The notes under the pieces are model-generated. The model did not search any database. It was given only the letters and a program-made list of their open reading frames with translations, and was not told the DNA's origin. DNA of 49,111 nt, from contig JAHBMJ010000390.1 of the NCBI GenBank assembly GCA_018398765.1, forward strand, positions 1-49,111, read 5' to 3'. The stretch's first letter is position 1; each line of letters opens with the position of its first letter. The position numbers and the translations under genes were made by a program. This DNA is from Chromera velia (taxonomy: Eukaryota). Positions 34,243-46,851 of the stretch are shown here, one piece after another.

Positions 34243-37200
34243 TTAACCCCCAGTGAACCTCGATTGCGGGCCTTTATTGCGTATGTCTGAGAACCCTTTG
34301 GCCAGCACGCACACATGTCGGACTCCCTCAGCCTGGAGCCTCCTCGCAACTGCCCTCGCCATGCTCTGGTCTCTTCTGCTCTCTCCCACAAGCATCAGAA
34401 GGTCCCATCCTCCAGAGGAAACTTCAGAGACAGAAGCAACAGAGGAAGATGATGCCGAGGCTGACTGACTCTCTTCCCGAGAGGGACTTCCAAGGGAGGG
34501 TAGCCACGGGGGAGCAGCGGTATGATGATCAAGTGAATCTGCAGATCTCTTGTCTGCCCCCCCTTCTGCCTGACCTTCCTTTCCTTTCAAACCCTGGAGA
34601 CCTGTGCCTGCATTTCCTTTTCGGATCTCCCCCCCTCCTCCCTCGTCTCCCCTCGACCCCTTCGACCTTTGTGACTGGACGTTTCTGGCTCCCGCAGAAG
34701 GATCCACCAGGCTTGCCGGCAGGGAGGAAACGCCATGAGATGAGGCCACCGCACCTCCCGGGTGACTGCCTGCAGGCATTCCAGTCCGAAGGGACGCCGC
34801 GACGGGCCGTCTCCTGTCCCTCCCCCCCGCATCTGCCCCCCCCCTGCCGGCGTTGCCAAGAAGGCCCTGGATCAGAGCAGAGACGGCGGGGCTCTGGGCG
34901 GCCCCTTCGGAGTCCAGAGGGAGGTGAATAGACCTGCGTAGTGTGCGCACAGGTATGGAAATGACATAAATGCGGCTGGAGCAAAAGAACGGATGTGGAT
35001 GCAGACAGGGGTTTGTGGAAGTCGAAGGCGAATCACTTGAACACGCTTGCGCGCAAACACACGCACGCACACACACACGCGCGCGCATACAGCGGCACAA
35101 GCACAGGTAGCCAGCCCAACAGACGTACAAAGAACGAACGATTCATGTGAAGAACAGGACCTAGGGAGAGAAACTGCCGATCGATGCAATGAGCATTCAC
35201 GAACGCGTATCTCTGTATGCATGTGCCTCTGTCCGTTTGTTTATTTGCTCATGTGATATAGTCACACATCATCCCGGCATTGAAATGACCCAAAACTGCC
35301 ACGAAGTTCAAAAAACAACCTGGACGCTCACCCACTCGCTCTGCTGCCATACCACTTCCTCTCCATTTCTCCCGCGGTCTATCACTTTCACCAAGAAAGA
35401 GTCATACAGGACATCAGAAAAACAGAAAACCAGGCAGGCAGTCAGACAGGCACGCACACAGGCAGGCAAGAAGATCGACTGACCCCTGTAGTCTGCAGGC
35501 CTGAAAGCTCAACAGGGGCCGCACGTCAACGACCCACACCCGAGGCACGGCCGCCTCTCCCCCCCTAGGGGTGTTATCTTCGAAGTGGGGACGCGAGTCT
35601 CGGCACTCTCTTTGCAGTGCCGCTCCGTTCGAACGCCCCTGCTCGTCTCCTCCCCCATGCTTCCCCGACACCAAAGACTGCGGCATCCCGACTGCAAATG
35701 AGAGAACGTCCTCTGCCGTGACTGATGCCACCTGACCAGCCGCGTCAAGTTGTTCCTCCTCCTCTTCGATCGACAAACCCTGAAGAGAGTCTGAAGCCCT
35801 CTCTAAGTGTGCACACCAATCGTCTCGCAAGACGCGGTCTAGGGACCCCTCGAGGGGGTCATTTGACTCCGCGGATGTGCCGCCACCCCGGGCAGCAGAA
35901 GTGCCCCCAGTCAACCAACGAGTTCTCGCGTCTCCCATGAGAGGGGCGTCTCCTTCTGTGAATCCCCCGGCAGGTCCCTCGTTGGACCGCTTCTGGTCCC
36001 TCATGCTGGCGAGAGGCCCTCCTTGAGATGCAGCCAGAGTGAAGGACAGGGGCAGGCTTCTGTGCAGACACTGAGCTGCTGCCACAAGGTCTGCGAACCC
36101 ACACGACCTGCCGGGGCCCTTTGACCCCGCAGCCCCCGTGCCGGGGCCCCCAGAGGTGAAAAGAGCGAGGGATGAGAGGAGACGTCGGGCACGTTCTGGA
36201 TTGTCTTCAGCTGTGGAGAATAAATACACACACACAAATACAGAGTGTTTGTTGCAAACAAAAAGCAGGCATACGCAGGGAGTAGTAAGACAGGAAAGTC
36301 ACAGAAAGAAAGCCAAGCCAATCAGAAGAACAGCATGCAAACGCATCAGACCGGCCGATGAAGGAAGATGAATCAACAGGGAAGGCGGGAAGTCAGGGAA
36401 CCAACCGAGCCAAGATGTTGACAACAGAGCCACAGAAACGCCCCCCCTGAGAACCCTTTCGAACAATCCCCTCCCTCCGTTCCCCACCGACCCAGAAGGG
36501 CTGTCCTACAGGAATGGACCACACAGACCCCTAGACACGGGAGAAATGCAGGCGGGTTCTGTATCAGAGAGTCCACCACCGCCTCTGCGTCCCCGTGGAG
36601 CCCCGGAACCTCAGCAAAGAAGGTGACCAACCAGCGGAGGAAATAGGTTTCCGCACGGAGACCTGAAAGCCAAATACACAAGGGAAAATCCAGCCAAAAT
36701 GCATCCACCGCTCGACATGAAGCAACGCCTGCTCTCTCTTTGCGCAGGCACTTCGAAGAGAAGGTAAGAAGAACGAGCAGTGAAGCCTTGCAGTGGGCTC
36801 TTGGCTGTCTGATTTGCTGACTGACGAGCTGACTCATCTTGACAGATTCATACTGCAAGGGCTGCTGACTGACTAATGAATGTCATGGATGAGTGTATTA
36901 ATTGTGAAACAGCAGAACAGCATGCAGACAGACGGACGGACCGATGTCGTCCAAGTGCACTGCCAGAAGAGGGTCGCAGAATCGGAGCAGAGACCCAAAA
37001 GTCTGCACAGACCTCTGGAGGTCCACCCCCAGACCCCCAGGGGACCCCTCATGAACACTCCCTGTAGACCCTAGTGGAGGAGGGGGGGCGAGACTTCGCT
37101 GGAGTATCCGTGCGCACGCGAGAGAGATCACTTCACAGTCGGGGACGTCGAGGGGCGGGGGAAGGAGGCCGGGGCCGAGGGAGGATGTGCCCCTCCCGAG

Positions 37201-40200
37201 GACAGAAAGGAGAAGGGCACAAACGCCCCTCATACCCCTGCAAAAGAAAAAGGAAAGTGCACGTCACTAAATACATTTTTTCGATATCTTTGGAGGGATT
37301 CAGACGCACAATGGACAGAAACTCCAATAGGGGAGTTGACAGTTCCAGCGTCTGCTTTCTCACGCTCTGACCCCTTCTATCACCTTTAAGCTGGTGCTGT
37401 GTCGTGAAAATCCCGCCACTTCTTTTCTTGTGTGAAGCTCCTTACAACCCAGGCTTAGTGCGTCTGCGCTGCAAAAGGCGCAAGAAAAACGAAACGCTTC
37501 GAACAAAAGGGACGTCATGAATGTACCGACTGACGCCACATCCTGAGTTCTTCCCGGTCCTCGACTTGCGGAGGTGGAAGACATCTTCATCGTCTTCGTT
37601 GTGCCCCCGCTGAACATTTCCCCTTCTGCGTGCCCTCCCGCCCCCCCCAGGGGGTCCCCAGACGCCGTCAGAGCCAGCGAGTCCATCACCCGCCTCAACG
37701 CATCCCGACCTTGTTGGTGTCCGAGGACCACATGGTTCTGCACATTTTGTTTTGTCAATGCGTATTTTGGAAGGGGGTCAAAAACCTGGTGAAAAGAGGG
37801 AAAGCAGCCAGCCCAGTCAGATAAGCAAAATCAACAACCAGGGACGATTGGCAGCAGAACGAGTAAATTCAAAAGCAAAAAAGACTTCTTCACTTCCTTC
37901 TCTTCCTGGTGTAGAACGAGAGAATCCGCCACACAGCACTCCACTGTTTCTTTCTCTGACGTACTCACTCCCCGACCAACCCACCAAGAGCCCCAGAGGT
38001 TCGTCTTCCTCCTCATCCCCCTCCCCGTCTCTAGGTTCCAGAGCGTCAAGGTCAATACAGAGACTGCTGGATGGATACCCTCGCACATCTCCATCATGGA
38101 CTTTGTCCCCAGCCTCGCGCTCATGCACCCCTTGTTGTGGACATCTGACGCTTGTCGCCTGACTCACGCCCCGGGGTTTCAAAGCCGTCAGAGCATGCTC
38201 TACCACTGCAGCAAAGTGAGAGGGCCCCCCCCAACTTCCGCACGAGTCTCTCAGCGCCTCCTCCCTCTGCCCTCTCTTCCCCTGACCACCCCCTCCCGCA
38301 CTCACTGCAGCAGTTGGAGGTGCAGGCAGGGCAGCTCCCAAGACAATAGGCCACAGCTGCAAGAAGCAGACAAGGGCAGAACAACAGCACTCGAGTGAAT
38401 GCCGGAGGGAAAAGGGTGGAAGTGATTTTGGTGAAGGAAATGAGTTCGTCCGGGAGTTCGTACGGATATGGGCTACAGCGCCCTTTACCCACAAACTTCT
38501 TGCCTGAGGAGAAGCAGAGTGAAGAATTGGCAAGCGAAAAACCGTCTGTCTGTGTGGCTTCTTTCTTCCTGATGAAGCATGCCCCTGAGTGGTGTACTAC
38601 ATGGTCTACTAGAGTTTCTCTTCTCACCTCTCGGCGCAGGAGAGGCGGAATATCGATGGAGGCCTCCCGGATCAGTGCCGCCCTCTGCCTGGGCAGCTCT
38701 CGAAGAAGCTGTCGGAATCGGGAAACGCGTCCCCACTGATACAGAAAGTGACTTGGCCTGGATGAGGCACGTGCCGGGCGGATCTGCAGCAGTTGCAGTT
38801 GCGGGAGAAATGATTGAAAAGAAAAAAGGGTCAGACCTAGGGAAGAAGACCGAGGAAAAAGAGGGGAGAAAGAGGAGATCGTCAAATCCAGTCAACACAA
38901 TCCTCATCATGCGTGAAGGGGTACAAACGTAAGTCAGAGTTTCTCCTTACCTCATCCACGTCTCCTCCCATCGCAGCAACGACCTTCGAAGCGTCCTGAC
39001 AGAGCTGCAGGAGGTCTCCCACCGGCTCTCCGTGTATCCTCAGTTCTCTCTCCACCCACAAAAGCTGGGGAATGGAGGACGAGGGCCCGCTGTCTGTGCT
39101 GGAGTGAGAGCACGAGAGCCGAGCCACACGTCCAAATCCGAGAAGATTCTCCCCCTCCCCTTCCGCCTGCCCCTTGCCTCTACCTCTTCGGGGACTCACT
39201 ACTGTCTCTCCCTTCCTCAGCCTCTCGCCTAGAGGCAGTCGGAAAAGGGGGGGGGGAGGGCGCATCACACCTGCAGGCAGACAGGCAGACAGTGAGACAC
39301 AGACGGGGTCCAGAGCTATCGATAAGAAGATCAGCGAATCCAGACAACACTTGACGAAACCAAAAGTCTTTCATTGACCGTTATTCCATTTCTACGGCTC
39401 CAGCAAGTCGGCTCTTGCAATCTGTGGAGTTCTGAAGCTGATGGCAACTGATATTTTGGGCATTCATTTATCATCCTTCTTCCTCTTCTCTGATCGGTCT
39501 TCATCGAAAGCACCGGACAGAGAAAGCGCAACAAAATGGGCAATGAAATTCAAACCTGCCGAAGAAAGTCAGCAGCAGAAAAAAGAGCTGTCCGATGAGC
39601 CGAGGACTGAAATTCACGAATAAACGAGTGATCGAACAATGGACAAAGTGAGCCACCAATTCATCCTGTTCAGTTCAAGAGATTCAAACAGATACCAATA
39701 CCCACAAGGCCCCCCCCTTTCCGCCATCCAACCTGCTTCTTTGAGCACAGCGAGAACGTCTCCTCCACTAGCATTCCACCAGAAAAAAATTTCATCCACA
39801 GAGACGCCAAGGGACGCAAACGCGTCCAGGATCTCGTCGTTCAGCCGTCTCCTCTCTCCACCCAGTCCATCATCTTTCTCCCCTCCTCCCACTGCCTCTT
39901 GCTCGTCTCTTTCGAGCAGGACAAGAGACAGCAAGGCAGAGGCAGGAGGACGCTCTGTCGAGTCTACAGTTAGACAGACAGAAAGGAGTCGCAGCAATTG
40001 AACGAGGGGAGAAGTAGAGGAGGAAGACGGACTTGAGGCATGGGGGACTGTGGAGAGGGGGAGGCCTAGAGGTCGTGCAGCATGGAGGGATGCAAACGGG
40101 GAAGGGTGGAAAGCCTCACACAGATTCCGGACGAACGGGAGCCCGCAGAGCCAGGCAGCGAGGGAGCATTCTAACGGGGTGGCACGGACAGCCCCCACAT

Positions 40201-41752
40201 TCCTTTCTCTCTTTGTTTGTTGCTCTTGCCCCCCTTCCCCTGCTTCAAGCGTCTCTGCTGCGACACTGCCCTCTCTGCAGTTGTTGTGTCTTTCGACGCT
40301 CTCTCTGGAAAAGAGAGAAGACGCAAGAACACAGGTCCATCTATGGTGCCTCCACTCTGCAGCTTGGCTCGGAAGGCTGGGTTGAACCGTCAACAGAGCT
40401 CCTCCCCCTTCCTCTTCCCCATCTCCCTCATCTTCGTCTGATGCGTATCCGTCGTCCCGTTGGAAACCTCCGTTGAAATGCACATGATCAGGGGTCGTTA
40501 TCCCGTCCTCAAATCTGTCAGCAGAATTGTGACCACCCCTGAAGCCACCACGTAAAGCAGTATCAGCCCAGGCGTCTCTAAAGAAAAGTTTGGGGGCCCG
40601 AGGCTCTTCAGGCAGGCCCACAGCTGATACGAACTCCAGAGGGACAGATGGGAGACGGCTGGAGACGGAGGTCGAGGCAGTGGACGCACTACGGGACATG
40701 AATGTCTCACCCCACCTCGAATGTGAATCTGCTGCCTCAAGATCGACCAGGGGAACAAGGGAGGACGCACAGTCTGATGCAGAGACGGAGCATGCGTGCG
40801 TTTGGACTGCCTCCTCTGAAGTGAGAAAGGAGGGAAGTGAGGGGACGGAGGTATCAAGGGCCGACTGCACTATCCCCGTCTCTTTCTCGCTGTCTGCATT
40901 GACGGTGCGCGCACTCTCTTCCCACAGCAAATTTACTCTCCGAAGAACGGAGACGAACGCGGCCTCCGTCACATTCCTTTCGAATCGATCACGCACCGCC
41001 GATTTGGCCGTCTGTGCCTGTCTTGGGTCACGCTGGCTGCCCTCCCCCCTTTCTATCCTTCCTGCTGTCTGTAGAATCAGAGCTTTCCCTGGCCTCCAAG
41101 CTCCTTGAAGCATCTCTAGAATCACCACACCCAAAGCCCACGTATCCTGCCGTGCCCCGGAAAGCAAATTTTGCGCAACCCATTGCGGCTCTCTGAACGT
41201 CTTTTGTCTGAAACGCAGAAAGGGAGCTTCTTCAGGCGCGCTAAAACGCACGTCTCTTGGAAGCGCTCCAAACCGCAGGAGCGTCCCGTGACGGGTAAGG
41301 AACGGGAGCCCATAGTGAGACAGCTTCACTTTGCCGTCTCCATCAATGAGAACGTTACCAGTCCTCAGGTCACCGTGAGCAATGCCCAGGCTGTGCAGAT
41401 ACGAAAGACCTTGTAAAATTTCAGAGACGATTCGGCTCGTCTCGGTGGCCGAAAGCTTTGACTGTGCCAGAACATCCTTCAAACTCAAACTCCAATGCTC
41501 AGTGACTAGGTAGACGGTGCGACCAGTCCCCCTTACGACCTCTGTGTATGAACATAGACGGGGGTGTTCAATCGTTTTCAATCGGTTGAATCTATGAATG
41601 AGTTCTCTAAGGGGCGTCTCCACCCTCTGATGACTTGGACCTGCCCCTTCGTCAACGGAACCCGCAGTCGACCAATGGTCCCAAGTTGCCGTCTCCAGTG
41701 CCTGGAAGCCGAGGCAGAAGCTGCTCTTCATGCTTGCTCTTGGGCATTCCAT
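34243..41752 (-). CDS. TBCK: TBC domain-containing protein kinase-like (pseudokinase + TBC Rab-GAP + rhodanese-like), multi-exon
   Basis: N-terminal RFNRLKTIEHPRLCSY..VTEHW..HGDLRTGN..KLSHYG; IFFWWNASGGDV; YQWGRVSRFRQLL..IREASIDIPPLLRRE (TBC entry); LAVHL..ETYFLRWLVTFFA. Rhodanese-like VVDVRP..F and C-terminal LQAEGVRHVCVLAKGF. Domain order matches TBCK. Start may be 41752 or 41731. Confidence 0.9.
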
Positions 41753-41859
41753 TTGCCTCGACACCCCTCTCCAACGCCTCTGCTAATCACACTCCAAACG
41801 ATTTTTGTGTGTGCTGCTTTGTGTCGCTTCAGCACGAGCAGACAGTGTCTGAAACTCAG

Positions 41860-42200
41860 AGTCGGAATTAACTGTCGATCGTTCGAGTTCGATCTGCATT
41901 CGACCTGCAATGATCTGCATGCCTTTGCATGCGGGGACGTCGACATTTTCGTTGACCTGCATGCATGCCGTCTCCGGAGCATGCATGAAGTTGAAAATTT
42001 GCTCTGCAAGAGCCGCTAGATTGCGGGAGTGACACAGCCCCGTATAGACTGAGCAGACAGCTGTGACGAAAGTTGGAAGCTGTCTTCTGGGTCAGCCCTC
42101 TCGGTACATAAGTCTACAGATCGTAGCAGATAGGCCTCTTGAGTTTTGACACGGCCGTCTCCCCGTCTCCGAAGCATCAGTCTGTCAGTCGTCAGTCTGT
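41860..42200. promoter_or_regulatory. Likely bidirectional promoter (TBCK / WDR83)
   Basis: About 770 bp separates the divergent ATGs. Clustered TGCATG(CA) at 41915-41987 and GCCGTCTCC at 41967 and 42154. Confidence 0.45.
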
Positions 42201-42519
42201 GTGACTGGGTCTGCCATCCTTAGCCCCTTGGTCAGAGATTGCGCTCCACATCAGTTCCAGCTCAGGCAACTCAGGTTTCAATTTGTGTGACTTCACGTGG
42301 GGCACTTTCAGGTTGTTCGTCCCAGTGAGATCGAAATTTGTTACTAAACTCACAAGCACGCGTGTGCTTGATTCCCTCTCTTAATTCTTTACTTGCTCCA
42401 AGGTGCACGCCACCTGGTGCCTGTACGGATAAAGACTCTCTTTTCGACTCCAACCTAGAGAGGTGCTTTCTTGTGAAGCACCGAAGTTGACGGTCGGAGT
42501 CTGTGTGGCCCTTTTCGCG

Positions 42520-43915
42520 ATGTCCTTTTCTCTGTCTCCAGAGAACCTGCTGTTCACTTTGGAGGGCCACAGAGCAGCGGTTCAGAATGTGAAATTCAAT
42601 CTGAACTCGAAGTACTGCATGAGCTGCTCGGCAGACAAGGCTGTCCGTCTGTGGAATCCCCACAGGGGTGTGTGCATCAGGGAATATGCAGGGCCTCACA
42701 ACCATGAGGTGAACGATGTGAGCATCACCGGGGACAACTCCAGGTTTGTGTCTGTCGGGGGAGACCGTCTCGCCTTCCTCTGGGACGTCTCCACAGGGCA
42801 GGTCATACGGAAATTCATGGGGCACAATGGTGAGTGTGTCGCTCGTTCACCCAAAATGTTCAGTCAGACAAAAAAGCTTGCTTTTCTGTTCGGAAAATTT
42901 ATCACAAGCTCAGATTGTCTGTCAGCCAATCAGTGACGCAAGTCAGGACCACCCACCCGTGGGAAAGTCGCGGACAGGCTGCGACACGATTCGTACAATG
43001 TGGCACTTCCTTTTCTGTTTGCCCCCATTATTTTCGACGCTTCTTTTCTTTTCATTCGGCTCCCTCGCCCTGCTGCCTTTTCTTCCTTCATTCGTTCTCT
43101 TCCCTCATCCATCGCCGGTGCTCCCTCCTAGGTCGCATCAACTTTTGCGAATTTGCCCACACGGGGGACGTGTTTGTGACTGGATCCTACGACAAAACAG
43201 TGAGGTTCTGGGACATGAGGGCGAGGAACCGCAACGCGATCCAGACGATCGACGACGAATTTCGGGATTCCGTCACATGGTCAGCCAGTCAGCCAGTCGA
43301 CTACTCAAGCATGCAGTCAGGCACTCATCTTAATCGTCAGTCAATCATTCTGTCAGTGCTCTGGTCCATCGGCCCATCAAGGCATCCATCCAAGCTGGGG
43401 CCCGGCCGAGAAAAAGAACGGGCCTGTCAGAAGAGTGGGGGGGGACGCAGTCAACATGCAGAGACGGAGGAAGGCAGTGAGCAGGCAGAGAGGCGTGCAG
43501 TCAAAGAGTTTAAGAGAACTAAAGAGGGAACGCAGGTCAGCATGCAGAGATGGCACGAAGGGCAGGCAGTCGCAAAGGCAAGAGAGACGGTCTACAGATA
43601 CAGAGGCTGGCAGGAAGCAGGCAGGCAGGCCGGTACAGCGAGGAAGACAGAAAGGCGGGGATCCAGGGAAGCGAGACTCTTGTACAACTGCTGTCATTGA
43701 TGTCATATGTAAAGACCCCCCCCAAGACCCAAAACGGTGTATGTGTCCTTTTCCTAGATGCGCAGGTCGGTGTTAGGTGTTTGCGGGCGTGCGTGTGTGT
43801 GTGAACATATGTGAGTGTTGCGCGTATGCGCCCGCGCGCACGAGCGTGTGTGTGTCAGGGAAAGAGAGTATCTTGTGTGTGTGTCTGTGTGTGTGTCTGT
43901 GTGTGTGTGTGTGTG

Positions 43916-43950
<35 letters not shown>

Positions 43951-44863
43951 GTGGGTGCAGCTGCGTGCTAACGAAAGAGGACGTCATTTGCGGATCCCTT
44001 GATGGTTCTGTCCGGAGTTTTGATCTCCGCATGGGACGCGTGTCGGTCGACCAGATAGACAGAGGGCACGTGACTGGGCTGTCAATAAGTCGGGATGAGC
44101 GGTGCCTTCTGGCTTTCCTCACGGGGAGGGGAGGTGCGGTGTGTTTGATAGAGAGGGGGGCAGGGGACGTGTTGCAGACCTACACAGGACACCAGAACGA
44201 GAGCTACCGGCTGCAGGGGTCCTTCGATTCGTCGGACTCCTTCGTTGTTTCTGGTACGTCGGTCAGCAGAATTAAATGGCGGGAAAATTCAGGCGATTAA
44301 ATTCCATCCTCCAAGACAGGATTTCCCCCTTTCCCTTTGCACCGTTGCACTCTCCTGATTTCCCTTTTTTCATCTGCCCCAAGCGAACAGAAATCTACAG
44401 CAAAGGCGTACCCTCGTCGTTGAGCAATTCAGGCAGACTCTCCCATTTCTGACTTTGAACAAAATAGACGGATCATCAAGTGTACGATGAATCCACCAAC
44501 TGTCCCAATTGGTCACACAGTACACAGTCTGCTTACAATGAGCTGGGCAGACGGATTCCTGCAGATGCGTGGACGGCTGCATGCAGTTCCTTCCGGTGGA
44601 ATCCTTCCTTTCCTCCTTCCTTCCTTCCTCTCTTCCCTCCTGCAGGTTCCGAGGACGGTCGGATCTGTGTTTGGAAAGTCGAGGACTCCTCGCCTCAGAC
44701 AAGTTTCAGGGCCCACCAAGGGACAGTCTTCTGTGTCAGGTTCCCTCCCGACATAGACGAGCATATTATGGTGTCTGCAGGGTCAGACAAGCTTTTGCGT
44801 GTGTGGGCAACACGACGAGAGGATATTGCGACTGTGCAACTGCCACCTGGACACGGTAACTGA
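42520..44863 (+). CDS. WDR83: WD40-repeat protein, WDR83/MORG1-like, 4 exons
   Basis: Frame-consistent exons 42520-42829, 43132-43279, 43961-44253 and 44646-44863. LEGH..V..VKFN...KYCMSCSADKAVRLWNP, DNSRFVSVGGDR...WDVSTGQVIRKF.GH, WDMRARNRNAIQ...FRDSVT, FDLRMG and YTGHQNESYRL are typical of MORG1. Confidence 0.88.
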
Positions 44864-46851
44864 TGTTGTTTTGTGAGGTTCGGACTCAGATCCCCTCTGG
44901 GTGCACTGTTATTAATCATGTTTTGTCACTGCATATTGCACAAAATGAATGACTCAGCCGTTCGATTACACCTAGGATTGCACAAATTTAAAAGTTGGCT
45001 CCATCTTTTAGACGCATTAAGTTACTAGTTAGTCGTTTTTCAGCTATAGGTTTTCGGTAGCTTTCAGACTCAGTTTACTATTTAGTATCGTAGGCACTGA
45101 TGTCAGATGATTTTAGTAAAATAAAGTTTAACAAACTCTAGAATATGCGATCTTTTCGGCGGATCCTCGTGGTGGTTAGCGCATTGGAGTCCCCCGAAGC
45201 TAGCCCCGAACTCATAAGGAGTCTCCTCGCTTCGGCATAAGGAACAGCACCAAAAAGGACAACCGGGAGTCAACGGCGGAAGCAAAACAACCCCGAGAGA
45301 TGGACTTGGACCTGATCTGACTGAGGAGATGTGTAAGCTGTATACAAATTTAGTCGGGGCTACAGTTCAGTGAACGCTTTTAATTGCATTCATTGTAAAC
45401 TGTTTAGAATCTTTAACCTAGAAGAGTTCTCCTATCAGTTCATCAGTCAGATGCTGCCACCTCAATCAAACAAGCGTGCAGGCAGACTGATCTTTTCTAA
45501 CGTCAGGCCACGTCAGAATGCTACATGATAACATGCAACACCTAATCGTGCAACACCCGGCAACACCATTCATGCGCGTACCTCGTGGCGCCGCCACTCC
45601 GCAAGCCACGATGCATGGCGCATCACCCATCCTAGACGCCAAGCCACGCCCACAAGACGCCTGCAAGCTGAGTTGGCAACACTGTGCAAACTCAAAACAG
45701 TGATGCTTTCCTACGTTTGGGGGTGGATGCCAGCCTTCCGGGTTTACCTCTTCTTTCAGTGCCAACCAAACAAGCCACGCTCACGGCCACAGCCAGTTTT
45801 CATCGAGAAGGCAAAGCTTTGTCAATGAAGAAAATTGAAGGAGACGATGAAAATCTGGGGGCATGACTCGAAAAGGTTTCTACCCGGGGCAGGACGGGGA
45901 TAGCATAACATGCACAAGCTTTTCTAGGCAAGCTTTGAAGCCTTGTCATACTGATGACAGCTTAGTATACCGTATACGTACAATCAGTCAAAAAAGGGAA
46001 AGAGAAACAAAGTAGAGGGAGAGAAGGACATCAGTAAGGGGGGGCATGTCGCACGGCTCCGACTTGATACCTCCTATAAGCTGACACAACAGCTCAGACT
46101 GGAAGCCGGGGGCATGTATGGGGCATGTACAGATGAGCGGACCACATCCTTGGTTGAGAGTCAATCACTTCTATTGCCGCGAAGGATAGACTGATTCGTT
46201 CTTACGTTTCTAGGTTTCTGTAATGTGTTTTCTCCTATGGTGAGGACTCAGTCTAGCTGATCCTAGTGCCCTGACTGACTCGTGTCTAATGCTGGAAGTT
46301 TAGACATGGACAGACGGCGATGACGTAGTATGATGCTGATGATAAAAACAAACTACAATTAATTAAATTAGAAAACGGCAGTACTACCCTATATATCTAG
46401 CCTAGTATACCATTCAATCAATCAAATCAATACCCAAAGTTTAGCTAGCCTAGCTTTAGTAGCCTAGAAGGCTGGTGAAACCCTAGGTGAAACCATAGCT
46501 CAGACTATGTATAGTTTAAATTGAAATATCGTAATACAATTAGTCAGATTTTGGTTTTAAAAGATTCATACGCTCCCCTACTCTTTTTCTGACTCTTCCT
46601 CTCTCGCCACGATAAGCACTCTCCCATGTTGATTCCCCCCAAACGGCCCCTGAGGGCAGACGCAGCAGCCCGCCCCCGATGATCGAGACGTCAATGAACT
46701 AGTCAATGAATAATTGCATTCATGCTGAAAGCCTAGGCTGAAAGCGTTCTCCTCGCGCATGGCGCGCGGTAAACTCCTGTAGCGGGAGTACGTTTCCGGA
46801 ACCCCCCGCCACAAATTCATGAAATTCTCTGCGTCTATCCGGGATTTTCTT

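Noticed and set aside
45518..45703. RGAAT suggesting a tyrosine-recombinase (DIRS/Crypton) fragment
   Set aside because: No in-frame HxxR and no downstream GxW/Tyr motif; insufficient support.
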